Assembly (NCBI GenBank): GCA_039028615.1
Contig: JBCCHT010000003.1
Location: forward strand, 192,001 to 256,000
DNA from: Myxococcota bacterium
GTDB taxonomy: Bacteria > Myxococcota_A > Polyangia > Nannocystales > Nannocystaceae
Length of the DNA: 64,000 nucleotides
Direction of reading: 5' to 3'
The translations under genes and the position numbers were made by a program. This document shows positions 37,174-46,138 of the stretch, piece after piece (the first letter of the stretch is position 1; each line of letters begins with the position of its first letter). Below the pieces are notes generated by a model. The model made no database searches. It was given only the letters and a program-made list of their open reading frames with translations, and was not told the origin of the DNA.

Positions 37174-37201
37174 CGAGCGAGTATATAATACAAAGGCCCC
37201 C
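37174..37201. promoter_or_regulatory. Overlapping divergent -10 elements
   Basis: TATAAT (+, 37184-37189) and TATACT (-, 37185-37180) inside a 28-bp gap. Confidence 0.6.
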
Positions 37202-38557
37202 GTGGACTGGAGCTGCCTCGGACACGCGATGTGGTTGGTCGAAGCGGCCGGCCTGCGATTGCTCTGCGACCCGCTATTGGGCCCTGAGCACCACTGTGGC
37301 GTGTTCGAAACGGTGCCGCGCCGTACGATCGTGGCGGAGCAATTGCGGCCGGATTTCGTCCTGGTCTCGCATCAACACCCGGACCATTTCGACGTCCCCA
37401 GCCTCCATCGCCTCGCGCAGCTCGATCCCGACTCGGTGGTCCTGACGCCCGATTCGCTGGTGGCCTGGGCGGCGCGGACCCTGGGGTTTCGCACCGTGCA
37501 CCAGCTGCCGCCGGCCCAGCGGGTCGAGCTCGACGGGGTCGCCCTGGTCACCACGCCATCGCTCGGGGCCGACGAGTGGGGCGTGCTCGTGGCGGCCGAT
37601 GGCGCGGTGGGGTGGAACCAAGTCGATGCGGTGCTGCGCGACCCGGAGCACGTACGCGAGGTGTTGGCCACGGCCTTGCCCGCGCTCGAGACCCGGCGCG
37701 TGGATCTGGGGATCGTGCGCTGGCAGCCGATGCTGGAGATCGCCGCGGTGCTCGGTCGTCGTACCGGCTTTCCGTACACCACCTATACCGACCTGTTGGC
37801 GCAGGCGGCTGCCCTCGAGGCGGCGGCCATCGTGCCGGGGGCGAACGGGGCCGCCCACGTGGAGGCGTTTCGGTGGATGGACGAGTTCGTCTTTCCCGTG
37901 TCGGAGGCTCGCTTCCTCCGCGACGTGGGCAAAGTGAGCCCGAAGACCAACCCGCTGCCCCTGCACGTGGGTGGTCGCTATCACGTGGAAGCGGGCGCGG
38001 TGACCCTCGATAGGCAGGGCGCGGCTGCGTTGGTGCGGTGCGAGTCGCCGTGGACCGAGCCACGACGCTACCGTCCCTCGTCCATTCCGTCGCTGGTCGA
38101 TCCCAACCCCAACGGGCACGATGAAGCCCAGGCACGCCAGCGCGTGCACGCATGGATTCGGGGTGAGCTCGTCGACGCCTTGGCTCGAGCCTGGCCCAGC
38201 TTTCACGCTACCGCGCCGCTTCGCTTTGCGCTCGAGGTCGTGTTCCCGCGGGCTCATGACGCCTTCACCATCGTGGTGGACGGGCAGGGAGCCCGGGTCG
38301 TCGATGACGTCGACGACGACTGGGACGTGCTCAATGCGGTGGCCGGCTCGTTGCTCTGCGAGGTGATCGAAGGACGTAGACACTGGGGCGATGTCTTGCT
38401 CGCGGGGTGCCTACGGGCGACCACGCGGGCCTACGACGTCGACGAGCGAGGCCTCCGACGCTTGGATGTCGGCGAAATCTTCCTGTACTACGCGCTGCCC
38501 TACCCGGACGCGGTGGAGCGAGCCGTACGCTGGGAAGTGCAGTCCCTCGTCGGCTGA
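37202..38557 (+). CDS. Metallo-beta-lactamase-fold hydrolase
   Basis: LGHA..LV...LLCDP and SHQHPDHFD (HxHxDH); GTG start at 37202. Confidence 0.85.
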   Translation: MDWSCLGHAMWLVEAAGLRLLCDPLLGPEHHCGVFETVPRRTIVAEQLRPDFVLVSHQHPDHFDVPSLHRLAQLDPDSVVLTPDSLVAWAARTLGFRTVHQLPPAQRVELDGVALVTTPSLGADEWGVLVAADGAVGWNQVDAVLRDPEHVREVLATALPALETRRVDLGIVRWQPMLEIAAVLGRRTGFPYTTYTDLLAQAAALEAAAIVPGANGAAHVEAFRWMDEFVFPVSEARFLRDVGKVSPKTNPLPLHVGGRYHVEAGAVTLDRQGAAALVRCESPWTEPRRYRPSSIPSLVDPNPNGHDEAQARQRVHAWIRGELVDALARAWPSFHATAPLRFALEVVFPRAHDAFTIVVDGQGARVVDDVDDDWDVLNAVAGSLLCEVIEGRRHWGDVLLAGCLRATTRAYDVDERGLRRLDVGEIFLYYALPYPDAVERAVRWEVQSLVG

Positions 38558-38565
38558 AGACCGCG

Positions 38566-38601
38566 AAAAAAAAGCAGCCGACACCTGGCGGTGTCGACTG
38601 C
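38566..38601 (-). terminator. Intrinsic terminator
   Basis: Minus-strand 12-bp stem GCAGUCGACACC-GCCA-GGUGUCGGCUGC followed by U8. Confidence 0.8.
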
Positions 38602-39176
38602 TGGGGGGGCAAGGCGAGAACTCATCCCGCCACGATGGCATTGGTTCGGACCCGATCGTCTCGGACTTCGGTCCTCGTCAGGGAGCAAGACGACTCGCGC
38701 TCATGTTCGAGCTCGTGCGAGACCTTCCCCCTCCCCGGACGGGATCAGCCGACTTTCAATCGGTCGTCGGATAGTGACGATGATCGATACAAGCTCGCGA
38801 AGTCCACACAGTTGAGTGGCACGAACTTGTAATGACTATCAATCAATATCCGGACGACGCGGGACTATCGGTCCGCGTTCCGATGATGGCTGCGGTCGCC
38901 CCGCTCTACCATCGTTGATCGGCCGTATCGGCGTGGCCTTTTCGTGCCCTCGGGCAGTTTGCCCAAGCATACGCTCGAGCATTCGACGATTTCCCATGTT
39001 CGACCCCCTCTGCCAGCGACCGATAACTCTCTCCCTTCGTCGCGACCCCCAAGTCCCCCGACTGGGGCCGGACGTCGGTCCCGGCACCGCTCAACTTACA
39101 GCGGTTTCCCCTACCGGGCCATCTCGGAATCTGTGGGGGGATCTATGAAAACACGGTTGTAGCTGCACTCATGTCT

Positions 39177-40532
39177 TCATTCGGGATCAGCCCCGCGATG
39201 TCGACGGAGTTGTTTGGTGATCGACATCGCCATTTCCAGCGCTTGTCGATAGTTGAGTCGAGGGTCGACCTTGCTTCGATAGTCGAGGTGCAACTCTTGT
39301 TCGGTGACCCCGGCTGCGCCACCGATGCACTCCGTAACGTTTTCGCCCGTGAGCTCGAAGTGCACGCCACCGAGTCGTGAACCGAGTTTTGCGTGCACCT
39401 CGAACGCGGCCTGCAACTCTTTGAGGATGCGATCGAAGCGTCGGGTCTTGACCCCCGATGCGGTCGTCTCGGTGTTGCCGTGCATGGGGTCGGCGCACCA
39501 CAAATGCGTGCGACCGGTGGCTCGAACCACCTCGATGAGACGCGGCAATTCGGCCTCGACTCGATCTGCGCCGAGCCGGTGAATCAGCGTCAAACGGCCC
39601 GGTTCATTGTTCGGGTCGAGTCTCTCGAGCAACTGCACGAGCTGCTCGTCGCTCATCGTGGGGCCGACCTTGAGCCCGATGGGGTTACGGATTCCCCGAC
39701 AAAACTCCACGTGCGCGCCATCGGGCTGCGCCGTGCGCATGCCGATCCACGGCATGTGGGTCGACAGATCGTACCAACCGTCGCGGCGCGGAACCTGCCG
39801 GGTCTGCGCCTGCTCGTACTCCAAGCTGAGCGCCTCGTGGCTGGTGTAGATGTTGACGCTCTGGAGCCGCAGGCTCTGCGTGTTGGTCACCGCCTCCATG
39901 AAGCCGATGGAGTCCTTGATGGACTCGGAGATCCGCCGATACTCCTCGTGGTGTTCGTTGCCTTTTGCGAACGAGACGTCCCAGTTTTCTGGATGACGAA
40001 GGTCGGCGAAGCCCCCGTCGGCGAGTGCGCGGACGAAGTTGAGGGTGAGAGCCGCGCGCTCGTAGCCGCGTAGCAGCAGCACGGGGTCCGGCCTTCGGTC
40101 GGACTCGGTGAAGGGCGAGCGGTTGACCAGGTCGCCGCGATACGACGGCAGCACGACGCCGTCGCGCTCCTCGGTGGCGGACGAGCGCGGCTTGGCGTAC
40201 TGCCCCGCGAGTCGACCCACGCGAACCACGGGCCGGCGCGTCGCGTGAACCAAGAGCAGACTCATCTGCAGGAGGATCTTGAAGTTGGTGGCGATGGAGT
40301 TGGAGCCGCAGTCGTCGAACGACTCGGCACAGTCGCCACCTTGCAACAAGAACGCATCACCGCGAGCGGCCGCGGCCAAGCGATCCTTGAGCGCCTCGAC
40401 TTCCCACGACGTCACCAGCGGGGGCAGTCGCGCGATCTGACCTTGAACCTCGGCGAGGACCTCGGGCTCGGGATACGAGACCTGCTGGCTGGCGTCCTTC
40501 GTCTTCCAGGAATTCGGCGTCCAGGGCTGCAT
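39177..40532 (-). CDS. Class II DAHP synthase (3-deoxy-7-phosphoheptulonate synthase)
   Basis: LPPLV, QGGDCAESF, GRLAGQYAKPRS, LPSYRGD, YTSHEAL, WIGMRT, DPMHGNT, GGVHFELTGENVTEC, DPRLN. Confidence 0.95.
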   Translation of the reverse strand: MQPWTPNSWKTKDASQQVSYPEPEVLAEVQGQIARLPPLVTSWEVEALKDRLAAAARGDAFLLQGGDCAESFDDCGSNSIATNFKILLQMSLLLVHATRRPVVRVGRLAGQYAKPRSSATEERDGVVLPSYRGDLVNRSPFTESDRRPDPVLLLRGYERAALTLNFVRALADGGFADLRHPENWDVSFAKGNEHHEEYRRISESIKDSIGFMEAVTNTQSLRLQSVNIYTSHEALSLEYEQAQTRQVPRRDGWYDLSTHMPWIGMRTAQPDGAHVEFCRGIRNPIGLKVGPTMSDEQLVQLLERLDPNNEPGRLTLIHRLGADRVEAELPRLIEVVRATGRTHLWCADPMHGNTETTASGVKTRRFDRILKELQAAFEVHAKLGSRLGGVHFELTGENVTECIGGAAGVTEQELHLDYRSKVDPRLNYRQALEMAMSITKQLRRHRGADPE

Positions 40533-40769
40533 GGCTGCCGGGGACCATAGCAGCCCTGCGCTCGCGCGGGACGGATGATCGAGCTTTCGGGTCGTTGCAT
40601 CGACGTGCATCGCCCTTCACGGAACCGGAGCGGATCGCAGGCTTCCGCGAGGTCCACCCCCGTTAATCGCGAGAATCTCCGGAAATATGCACGGCATGTT
40701 CATACCGACGATTGTCTCGGTGTTCGGGTCTTTATTGCACCGAGCCGGCGTCGGTCCGGCATCGCGGCT

Positions 40770-43157
40770 TCACTCCGCTTCGGCGGCGGGAAGCTGTCGG
40801 GCGAGCAATTCGCGACGTCGTCGCGTCTCGCGGTCGGCGGGGCGCGACAGCAACTCTGGCACCAAGGCGCGCGCGCGGGTCAGCGAGCCTTCGTCGCCCA
40901 GGTCGATCAGCACGCGCAGCAGCTCCTCTTCGATGGCCCCCCGGGCGCGCGTATCGGGCAAGGGGGCGCGCTCCAGCGCGAACTCGAGTGCACGCTGGAT
41001 CTCGGCCAGACGCGGCGGATCGAAGATTCTCAGGGCAGCCACCACCGCGAGATGAGCGGGGGCCTCGTGCGGCACGAGCTCGCGCAGCAGCCGGGCGTGG
41101 TGTAGCGCGAGGGCAGCGCGACCCGAGCCGAGCGCGAGCTGGTGGCGCACGTACAAGGGAGCCGGGTCCTCGGGGTCGAGCTCGTAGCGGACCGAGGCGA
41201 GAGCGTCGGCGTGCGCGGGCGCGACGGACACGAGCGCATCGCTGAGCAGCTTCCACGCCTCGGCGCTCGGGGGGCACAGGGCCGCGAGGTCGTCGGGGTT
41301 GGGGTAGCGCGTCAGCAGATACTGGACGAGGTCTTCGTCGGGAGGATCGTGCAGCAGGGCCAGGCCGCGGGCGTGGTTTTGGTCGGCCACCTCGAGGGGC
41401 TCGCCCCGCTCGGTCTGTGCCGCGCCGAGCACGAACCACGCGTCCACGTTGCCCGGGCGGCGCTCCACCGAGAGGGCGGCCCGAGCTCGGGCGGTGTCCC
41501 AGTCGCGGTCGTTCGCGGCTCGGCGCGCCCACAGCCCGTGGAGGCGGCCGTCGAGGGGGCGCAGGGCGGCCTTGCTCTGCGGGTCGATCTGCCCGGCGAG
41601 CACGGCCGTGTCGACCAGGGGCCGCTGCGAGAACACGTCCCCGCGGTACACGAAGGCCATGGCGAGAGCGCCGACCAGAGCCACGCCGCCCACCCAGCGC
41701 GCGCGCGAGGGAGCCCATCGCCAGCTCGGCTTGGGCGATAGGGCCCCAGCCAGGGCCACGGCGGGGGCGGTGACTCCGAGGAACTCGAAGCCGAAGTCCA
41801 CCAGGTTCTGCAGGCCCACGGCGAGCAGCCCGAGCAGCAGCAGCTGGCGGGCGGCACCGTCTTGGCGCTCGCGATGGGCCACCATCGCATTGAGCCACCA
41901 CGCCATGGCCCCCACGATCAGCGCCCCGCCGAAGACGGGGCCCCACTCGACCAGCGCGGCCATGGGGGCCGACTCGAGGTGGGTGTGCAGGATGTGCGAG
42001 GGCTCGGAGTCGTAGGGCCCGAACACGTCGATGAACGCCCCGCGGCCGATGCCGATCCACGGCGACAGCTGCAGCATGGGCAGCTCGTCGCCGAGGATGC
42101 GGAACTTGCTGTCCTGCGCGACCTCGGGGTCGGCGAGATCGAGCAGGGTGCCCAGCTCCCGCCAGGCCCCGTGCTGGGCGACGAGCAGGAACAACCCCAC
42201 CAGGCCGACGACGACGACGGCGCGGAGCGGGGACATCAGCCGGGAGCGGCGACGCTGGCTCTGTCGTTCGGAGCGCTGGTGCCGAAGCCCCAGCCAAATG
42301 GCGACCGGAGCCAGGAGCAGCAGCACCACGATGGCTCCGCGCGACAGCGACATCACCAGCGCGGGGACCTGCACGGTCAGCGCCGCCATGGCGGCCAAGA
42401 ACCGGTCGCCGTAGCGATCGACCTTGGAGGGATCGCGGGTATTGAGGCCCAGGCGGTGCTGGTCGGCGGCCAAGCTGCCCGCCGCGAAGATGCCCAGCAG
42501 CAGTAACCCCGATTGATGGTTGGGGTTGACGAAGGTCCCCATCATCGAGGGCAGCAGGTGCAGGTCGACGTCGCGGGCGGCGTAGACCCCGTAGATCGCC
42601 TGGAAGCTCATGGCCTCCTGGGCGAAGCCGATGAGCGCCACGGCGGAGCCGGTGGCCGCGGTGGCCGTGGCGGAGGCCCGCCATGACAGCTGGGCGGCGG
42701 CGATGAACAGCAGGGTCAGCCCGGTGAGGCGCGCCACCTCGAACCCGGTGTCGGCGGGCGAGGGGGACAAGCCGGGCCACGCCTGCACGCCCGTGCCCTC
42801 GAGGGCTTGGGTGACCTGGGCGTGCAGCTCGGGCGCGAGCAGGGCCTGGATGCCGGGGATGGGGGCCCACTGCGCGAAGGTCAGCAGGGTCGCGCCCAGC
42901 CCCAGCAGGGCGGCGCGGGGGATGTACAGAGCGGTGCTGGTGCGGGTGCAGATGCGGTGCCACAGCGCGAGCAGCAGCACGAGAAAGGCCAGCATCGCGG
43001 TGGGGGGCACGCCGCCCAGCAGCAGCGCGGGGCTGCCCACGGCCAGGCTCAGCAGGATCCGCGACCACGACCGGCGGTTGCGTTCCTGTCGCCGCCGCGA
43101 GCGTCGAGGAGGCTCGTTGGGCTCGACGTCGAGGTCGTCGTCGAGATCGTCACTCAT
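40770..43157 (-). CDS. O-antigen ligase/Wzy-like membrane protein with helical C-terminal domain
   Basis: GTFVNPNH, SLSRG, PWIGIGRGAF, HTHLES; many TM segments. Confidence 0.75.
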   Translation of the reverse strand: MSDDLDDDLDVEPNEPPRRSRRRQERNRRSWSRILLSLAVGSPALLLGGVPPTAMLAFLVLLLALWHRICTRTSTALYIPRAALLGLGATLLTFAQWAPIPGIQALLAPELHAQVTQALEGTGVQAWPGLSPSPADTGFEVARLTGLTLLFIAAAQLSWRASATATAATGSAVALIGFAQEAMSFQAIYGVYAARDVDLHLLPSMMGTFVNPNHQSGLLLLGIFAAGSLAADQHRLGLNTRDPSKVDRYGDRFLAAMAALTVQVPALVMSLSRGAIVVLLLLAPVAIWLGLRHQRSERQSQRRRSRLMSPLRAVVVVGLVGLFLLVAQHGAWRELGTLLDLADPEVAQDSKFRILGDELPMLQLSPWIGIGRGAFIDVFGPYDSEPSHILHTHLESAPMAALVEWGPVFGGALIVGAMAWWLNAMVAHRERQDGAARQLLLLGLLAVGLQNLVDFGFEFLGVTAPAVALAGALSPKPSWRWAPSRARWVGGVALVGALAMAFVYRGDVFSQRPLVDTAVLAGQIDPQSKAALRPLDGRLHGLWARRAANDRDWDTARARAALSVERRPGNVDAWFVLGAAQTERGEPLEVADQNHARGLALLHDPPDEDLVQYLLTRYPNPDDLAALCPPSAEAWKLLSDALVSVAPAHADALASVRYELDPEDPAPLYVRHQLALGSGRAALALHHARLLRELVPHEAPAHLAVVAALRIFDPPRLAEIQRALEFALERAPLPDTRARGAIEEELLRVLIDLGDEGSLTRARALVPELLSRPADRETRRRRELLARQLPAAEAE

Positions 43158-43178
43158 GGCGATGCCGCCGGCAGGGTA

Positions 43179-45431
43179 CTACGCGGACGCCGAATCGGAG
43201 CCGGTGGCCGGGGCCCGGTACGTGTAGTAGTCGCTGCCGTACTCGTAGCGCTCTTGCCGGGTGTCGACCTCGTTGAGGATGACGCCCATGATGTTGGCGT
43301 CGGCCTGGCCCAGCTGATTGAGCGAGCGCTGCAGCTCGCCGCGGGTGGTCGAGTCGCAGCGGGTGACGAGCACCACGGCGTCGGCCTGCCCCGCCAGCAG
43401 CAGCGGGTCGGTGACGGGCAGCACGGGCGGGCTATCGATGACGACCAGGTCGAAGCGGTCGCGCAGCTCGGCCAGCATGCGGCGGAAGGTGGGCCCGTCG
43501 AGCAGCTCGGCGGGGTTCTCCGGGATGTTGCCGCAGGGCAAGACGGTGAGGTTGTCCGGCGCGTCTTCGGGCGACTCGAGCAGGGCGTCGTCGAGCGTGG
43601 CGCGCTCGGTGAGGACGCCGGCGAGGCCGATGTCGTCGTTGTCCACCGGTCCCGGAAAGATGTGGTGCAGCCGCGGGCGCCGCATGTCGGCGTCGATGAG
43701 CACGACCTTCTTGTTGGCCTGGCAGAACGACAGCGCGAGGTTGATGGCGGTGGAGCTCTTGCCCTCGGAGGAGCTCGGCGAGGTGATCATGATGCTGCCC
43801 ACGGGCTCGCGGCCCTGGGCGAAGGTGAGGGCGGTCCGCACCCCGCGGCAGCGCTCGGCCATGAGCGACTGTGGGAACAGGTGGGCGTACAGGTCGCGCT
43901 GGCGCCTCTGGGCGCGCACGTTGCCCATGCCCAGCCGCGTGTCGTTGGGCAGAAGCGGGAGCTGGCCGAGCACGGGCAGCCCCACCGCGGCCAAGGCCCG
44001 CTCGAGGTCGATGAGCCCGCGGATCCGGTGGTCGCGGAAGTCGATGCTGATCGCCAGCAACGCGCCCAGCCCGAGCCCAGCGACCAAGCCCAGCGCCAAG
44101 AGCATGAGCTTGGGCGGGAACACGGGCACGGTGGGCGGGGTGGCGCGGTCGAGGATCTCGATGCCCTCGGCCTCGACCCGGTTGGTGATGGCGATCTCGG
44201 TGTCGCGGCGGGCGACGAGCAGGTAGTCCTCGGAGCTGGCCTTCGCCTCGCGCTCGAGCTCGTGGTAGCCGCGCTCGAGCTCACCCAGGCGCAAGGCCTT
44301 GTCGTTCTCGCGCTTGAGCGAGCGCTGGAGGTCGCGCTCGGTGTTGCGCACGGCGGCCAGCTGCGACTCGAGCGAGGCGACGAGGTTGGCCGCTTCACGG
44401 TCGATCTTGCGGTTGACCAGGTCGAGGCGCCGCTTGGCCTTGCGGTGCTCGTCGTGCTTGGGCCCGTACTCGATGTCGACGTCGTTGTAGGCCCGCTCGG
44501 ACTCGAGCTGCTCGGTGCGCAGGTTCTCGAACAGGCGCCGGTCTTCCTCGGGCAGCAGGCTGGCCGCGGCGAGGTTGTGCTTGTCCTGCAGGCGCTTGAC
44601 CTGCTCGAGCGTGTTCTGCAGCTCGATGCGCTCGGCCTCGGTCTCTTTGGTGCGGGCGCTGATCGACAGGATGTTCTGGGTGATGACGTTCTGGCGATCG
44701 GACAGCGAGATGGAGGTGATCTCGTGGTCGCGCTTGAAGTCCTCGAGGGCCTTCTCGGCGCCCTGCACCGTCTCGAGCGCCTTGACCCGCTCGGCCCCGA
44801 TGTTGTCCTTGGCCTCTTCGCCGACCCGAGAGCGGCTGCGGCGGACGTGCGCGACGTAGGCGTCGGCCAGCGCGTTGGCGATCTCGGTGGCGATGACCGG
44901 GTCGGGATACTCGGCCGAGATCTCGACGACCCGGGAGCCGCGGACCTCCTGCACATGGGTCAGCTCGCGGAGCCGGTCGACGGGGTCGATCTGCTCGGCG
45001 AGCATCTGCCGCTCGGCTTCGGTCTCGACGTCGTCGATGCCGAGGAACACGGCGTCTTGGGCCAGGCCCAGCTCGGCGAGGGCGCGCTCGGCCACCGCCC
45101 GGCTCTGCATGATGGTGCGCTGCGTCTGGTAGTACTCGCGGTAGCCCAGCACGCGGCCCTCGGCGTCTTCGGCCACGCCCTTGACCTTGTCGAGCACCTG
45201 CGGCCCCGACATGTGCAGGACCACGCTGGCGGTGGCGCTCCACCGCGGCTGCAGCAGCATGATGGCCAGGGCGGCCGCGGCCATGCACAGGGTGGTCGTG
45301 ACGCCGACCACCAGCCACCGCCGCCGCAGGATCGCCAGCAGACGCATGACCTGGGCCAAGACGTCGGCGTGCGCGGGTTCCTCTTCGTGGCGCGGCCCCG
45401 GCGGGCCGGGCAGGTGAGTCGGGCGTGACAT
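43179..45431 (-). CDS. wzc: Polysaccharide co-polymerase / tyrosine autokinase (Wzc)
   Basis: Wzz-like N-terminus, coiled coil, Walker A TSPSSSEGKS, LIDADMRRP, VIDSPP, C-terminal Tyr cluster YEYGSDYYTY. Confidence 0.9.
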   Translation of the reverse strand: MSRPTHLPGPPGPRHEEEPAHADVLAQVMRLLAILRRRWLVVGVTTTLCMAAAALAIMLLQPRWSATASVVLHMSGPQVLDKVKGVAEDAEGRVLGYREYYQTQRTIMQSRAVAERALAELGLAQDAVFLGIDDVETEAERQMLAEQIDPVDRLRELTHVQEVRGSRVVEISAEYPDPVIATEIANALADAYVAHVRRSRSRVGEEAKDNIGAERVKALETVQGAEKALEDFKRDHEITSISLSDRQNVITQNILSISARTKETEAERIELQNTLEQVKRLQDKHNLAAASLLPEEDRRLFENLRTEQLESERAYNDVDIEYGPKHDEHRKAKRRLDLVNRKIDREAANLVASLESQLAAVRNTERDLQRSLKRENDKALRLGELERGYHELEREAKASSEDYLLVARRDTEIAITNRVEAEGIEILDRATPPTVPVFPPKLMLLALGLVAGLGLGALLAISIDFRDHRIRGLIDLERALAAVGLPVLGQLPLLPNDTRLGMGNVRAQRRQRDLYAHLFPQSLMAERCRGVRTALTFAQGREPVGSIMITSPSSSEGKSSTAINLALSFCQANKKVVLIDADMRRPRLHHIFPGPVDNDDIGLAGVLTERATLDDALLESPEDAPDNLTVLPCGNIPENPAELLDGPTFRRMLAELRDRFDLVVIDSPPVLPVTDPLLLAGQADAVVLVTRCDSTTRGELQRSLNQLGQADANIMGVILNEVDTRQERYEYGSDYYTYRAPATGSDSASA

Positions 45432-45546
45432 TCGCGAGGAAGGGAAGCTTAGCAGCGAGGGCCCCGGTCTCCAGGTTTGCGGCGAGTTGCGGGAGGGAGG
45501 CCGGGCCATCGGAGGGAGCGGAGTGAGGCCCCCGCGCGGATCGGCG

Positions 45547-46068
45547 TCAGGGGCGGGGTCGTTCGGGAGGGAGCGCCAGGTCGACGAATGTCCGCAACAA
45601 CGCGTCGCAAGGGCCCGTGGCATGCCTTCGGGCGTACGCACGCAGCCCCTGCCACGCCCGCTCGCGGACGTGTCGGGGGTCCCGCGAGGCGTCGACGGGC
45701 AGCGGTCCCAGGGTTGCTTCGATCCGTGACAGCTCTACACGCTCCGCCGCCAGCTCGGTTGCCTTCAATCCGCGGTACGCCTCCTCCCACGCCGAATCGC
45801 GGTCGCGATCGTGGCCCACGGTGCGGCGCAGACTCCGAACCTCGCGCACCCGGGCCTGGATCGGGGCGATTGCGGCAAGTACGCGCTCGAGGGTGGGCTC
45901 GTCGAGCATGCCGCCGCGGGCGGGGTGCCACACACAGGCGAGGACGACGTCCACATCGAGGTCGTGCTCATCCTGCAGTCGGAGGCAGCAGGCCGCGACG
46001 CCGTCGCGGGCGTAGAGCCGGGTGGCGAAGGCCCACAGCGAGGCGGAGTCGTCGGGTTCGGAATCCAT
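45547..46068 (-). CDS. TIGR02444/DUF2390-like protein
   Basis: LWAFATRLYARDGVAACCLRLQDEHDLDV...KATELAAERVE. Confidence 0.75.
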   Translation of the reverse strand: MDSEPDDSASLWAFATRLYARDGVAACCLRLQDEHDLDVDVVLACVWHPARGGMLDEPTLERVLAAIAPIQARVREVRSLRRTVGHDRDRDSAWEEAYRGLKATELAAERVELSRIEATLGPLPVDASRDPRHVRERAWQGLRAYARRHATGPCDALLRTFVDLALPPERPRP

Positions 46069-46138
46069 GAACGCGTCGCCGAGGCTACCGTCAATCGGTG
46101 GCCCGCGGCGACGCGGTGGGGTTCGAGACCGGGTGGCC

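Noticed and set aside
38817..38833. TGGCACGAACTTGTA resembling a sigma54 promoter
   Set aside because: Spacing is GG-N9-GT rather than GG-N10-GC.
38890..38966. Minus-strand GGGCAAAC...AGCGGGGCGACCG resembling a c-di-GMP-I riboswitch
   Set aside because: Lacks the GNRA-capped P2 and the GACGCAAA junction; the sequence reads better as a short palindrome.
39135..39190. SD-like G run plus ATGAAAACA, possibly a frameshifted gene start
   Set aside because: Only MKTRL-stop; too short to support a pseudogene call.
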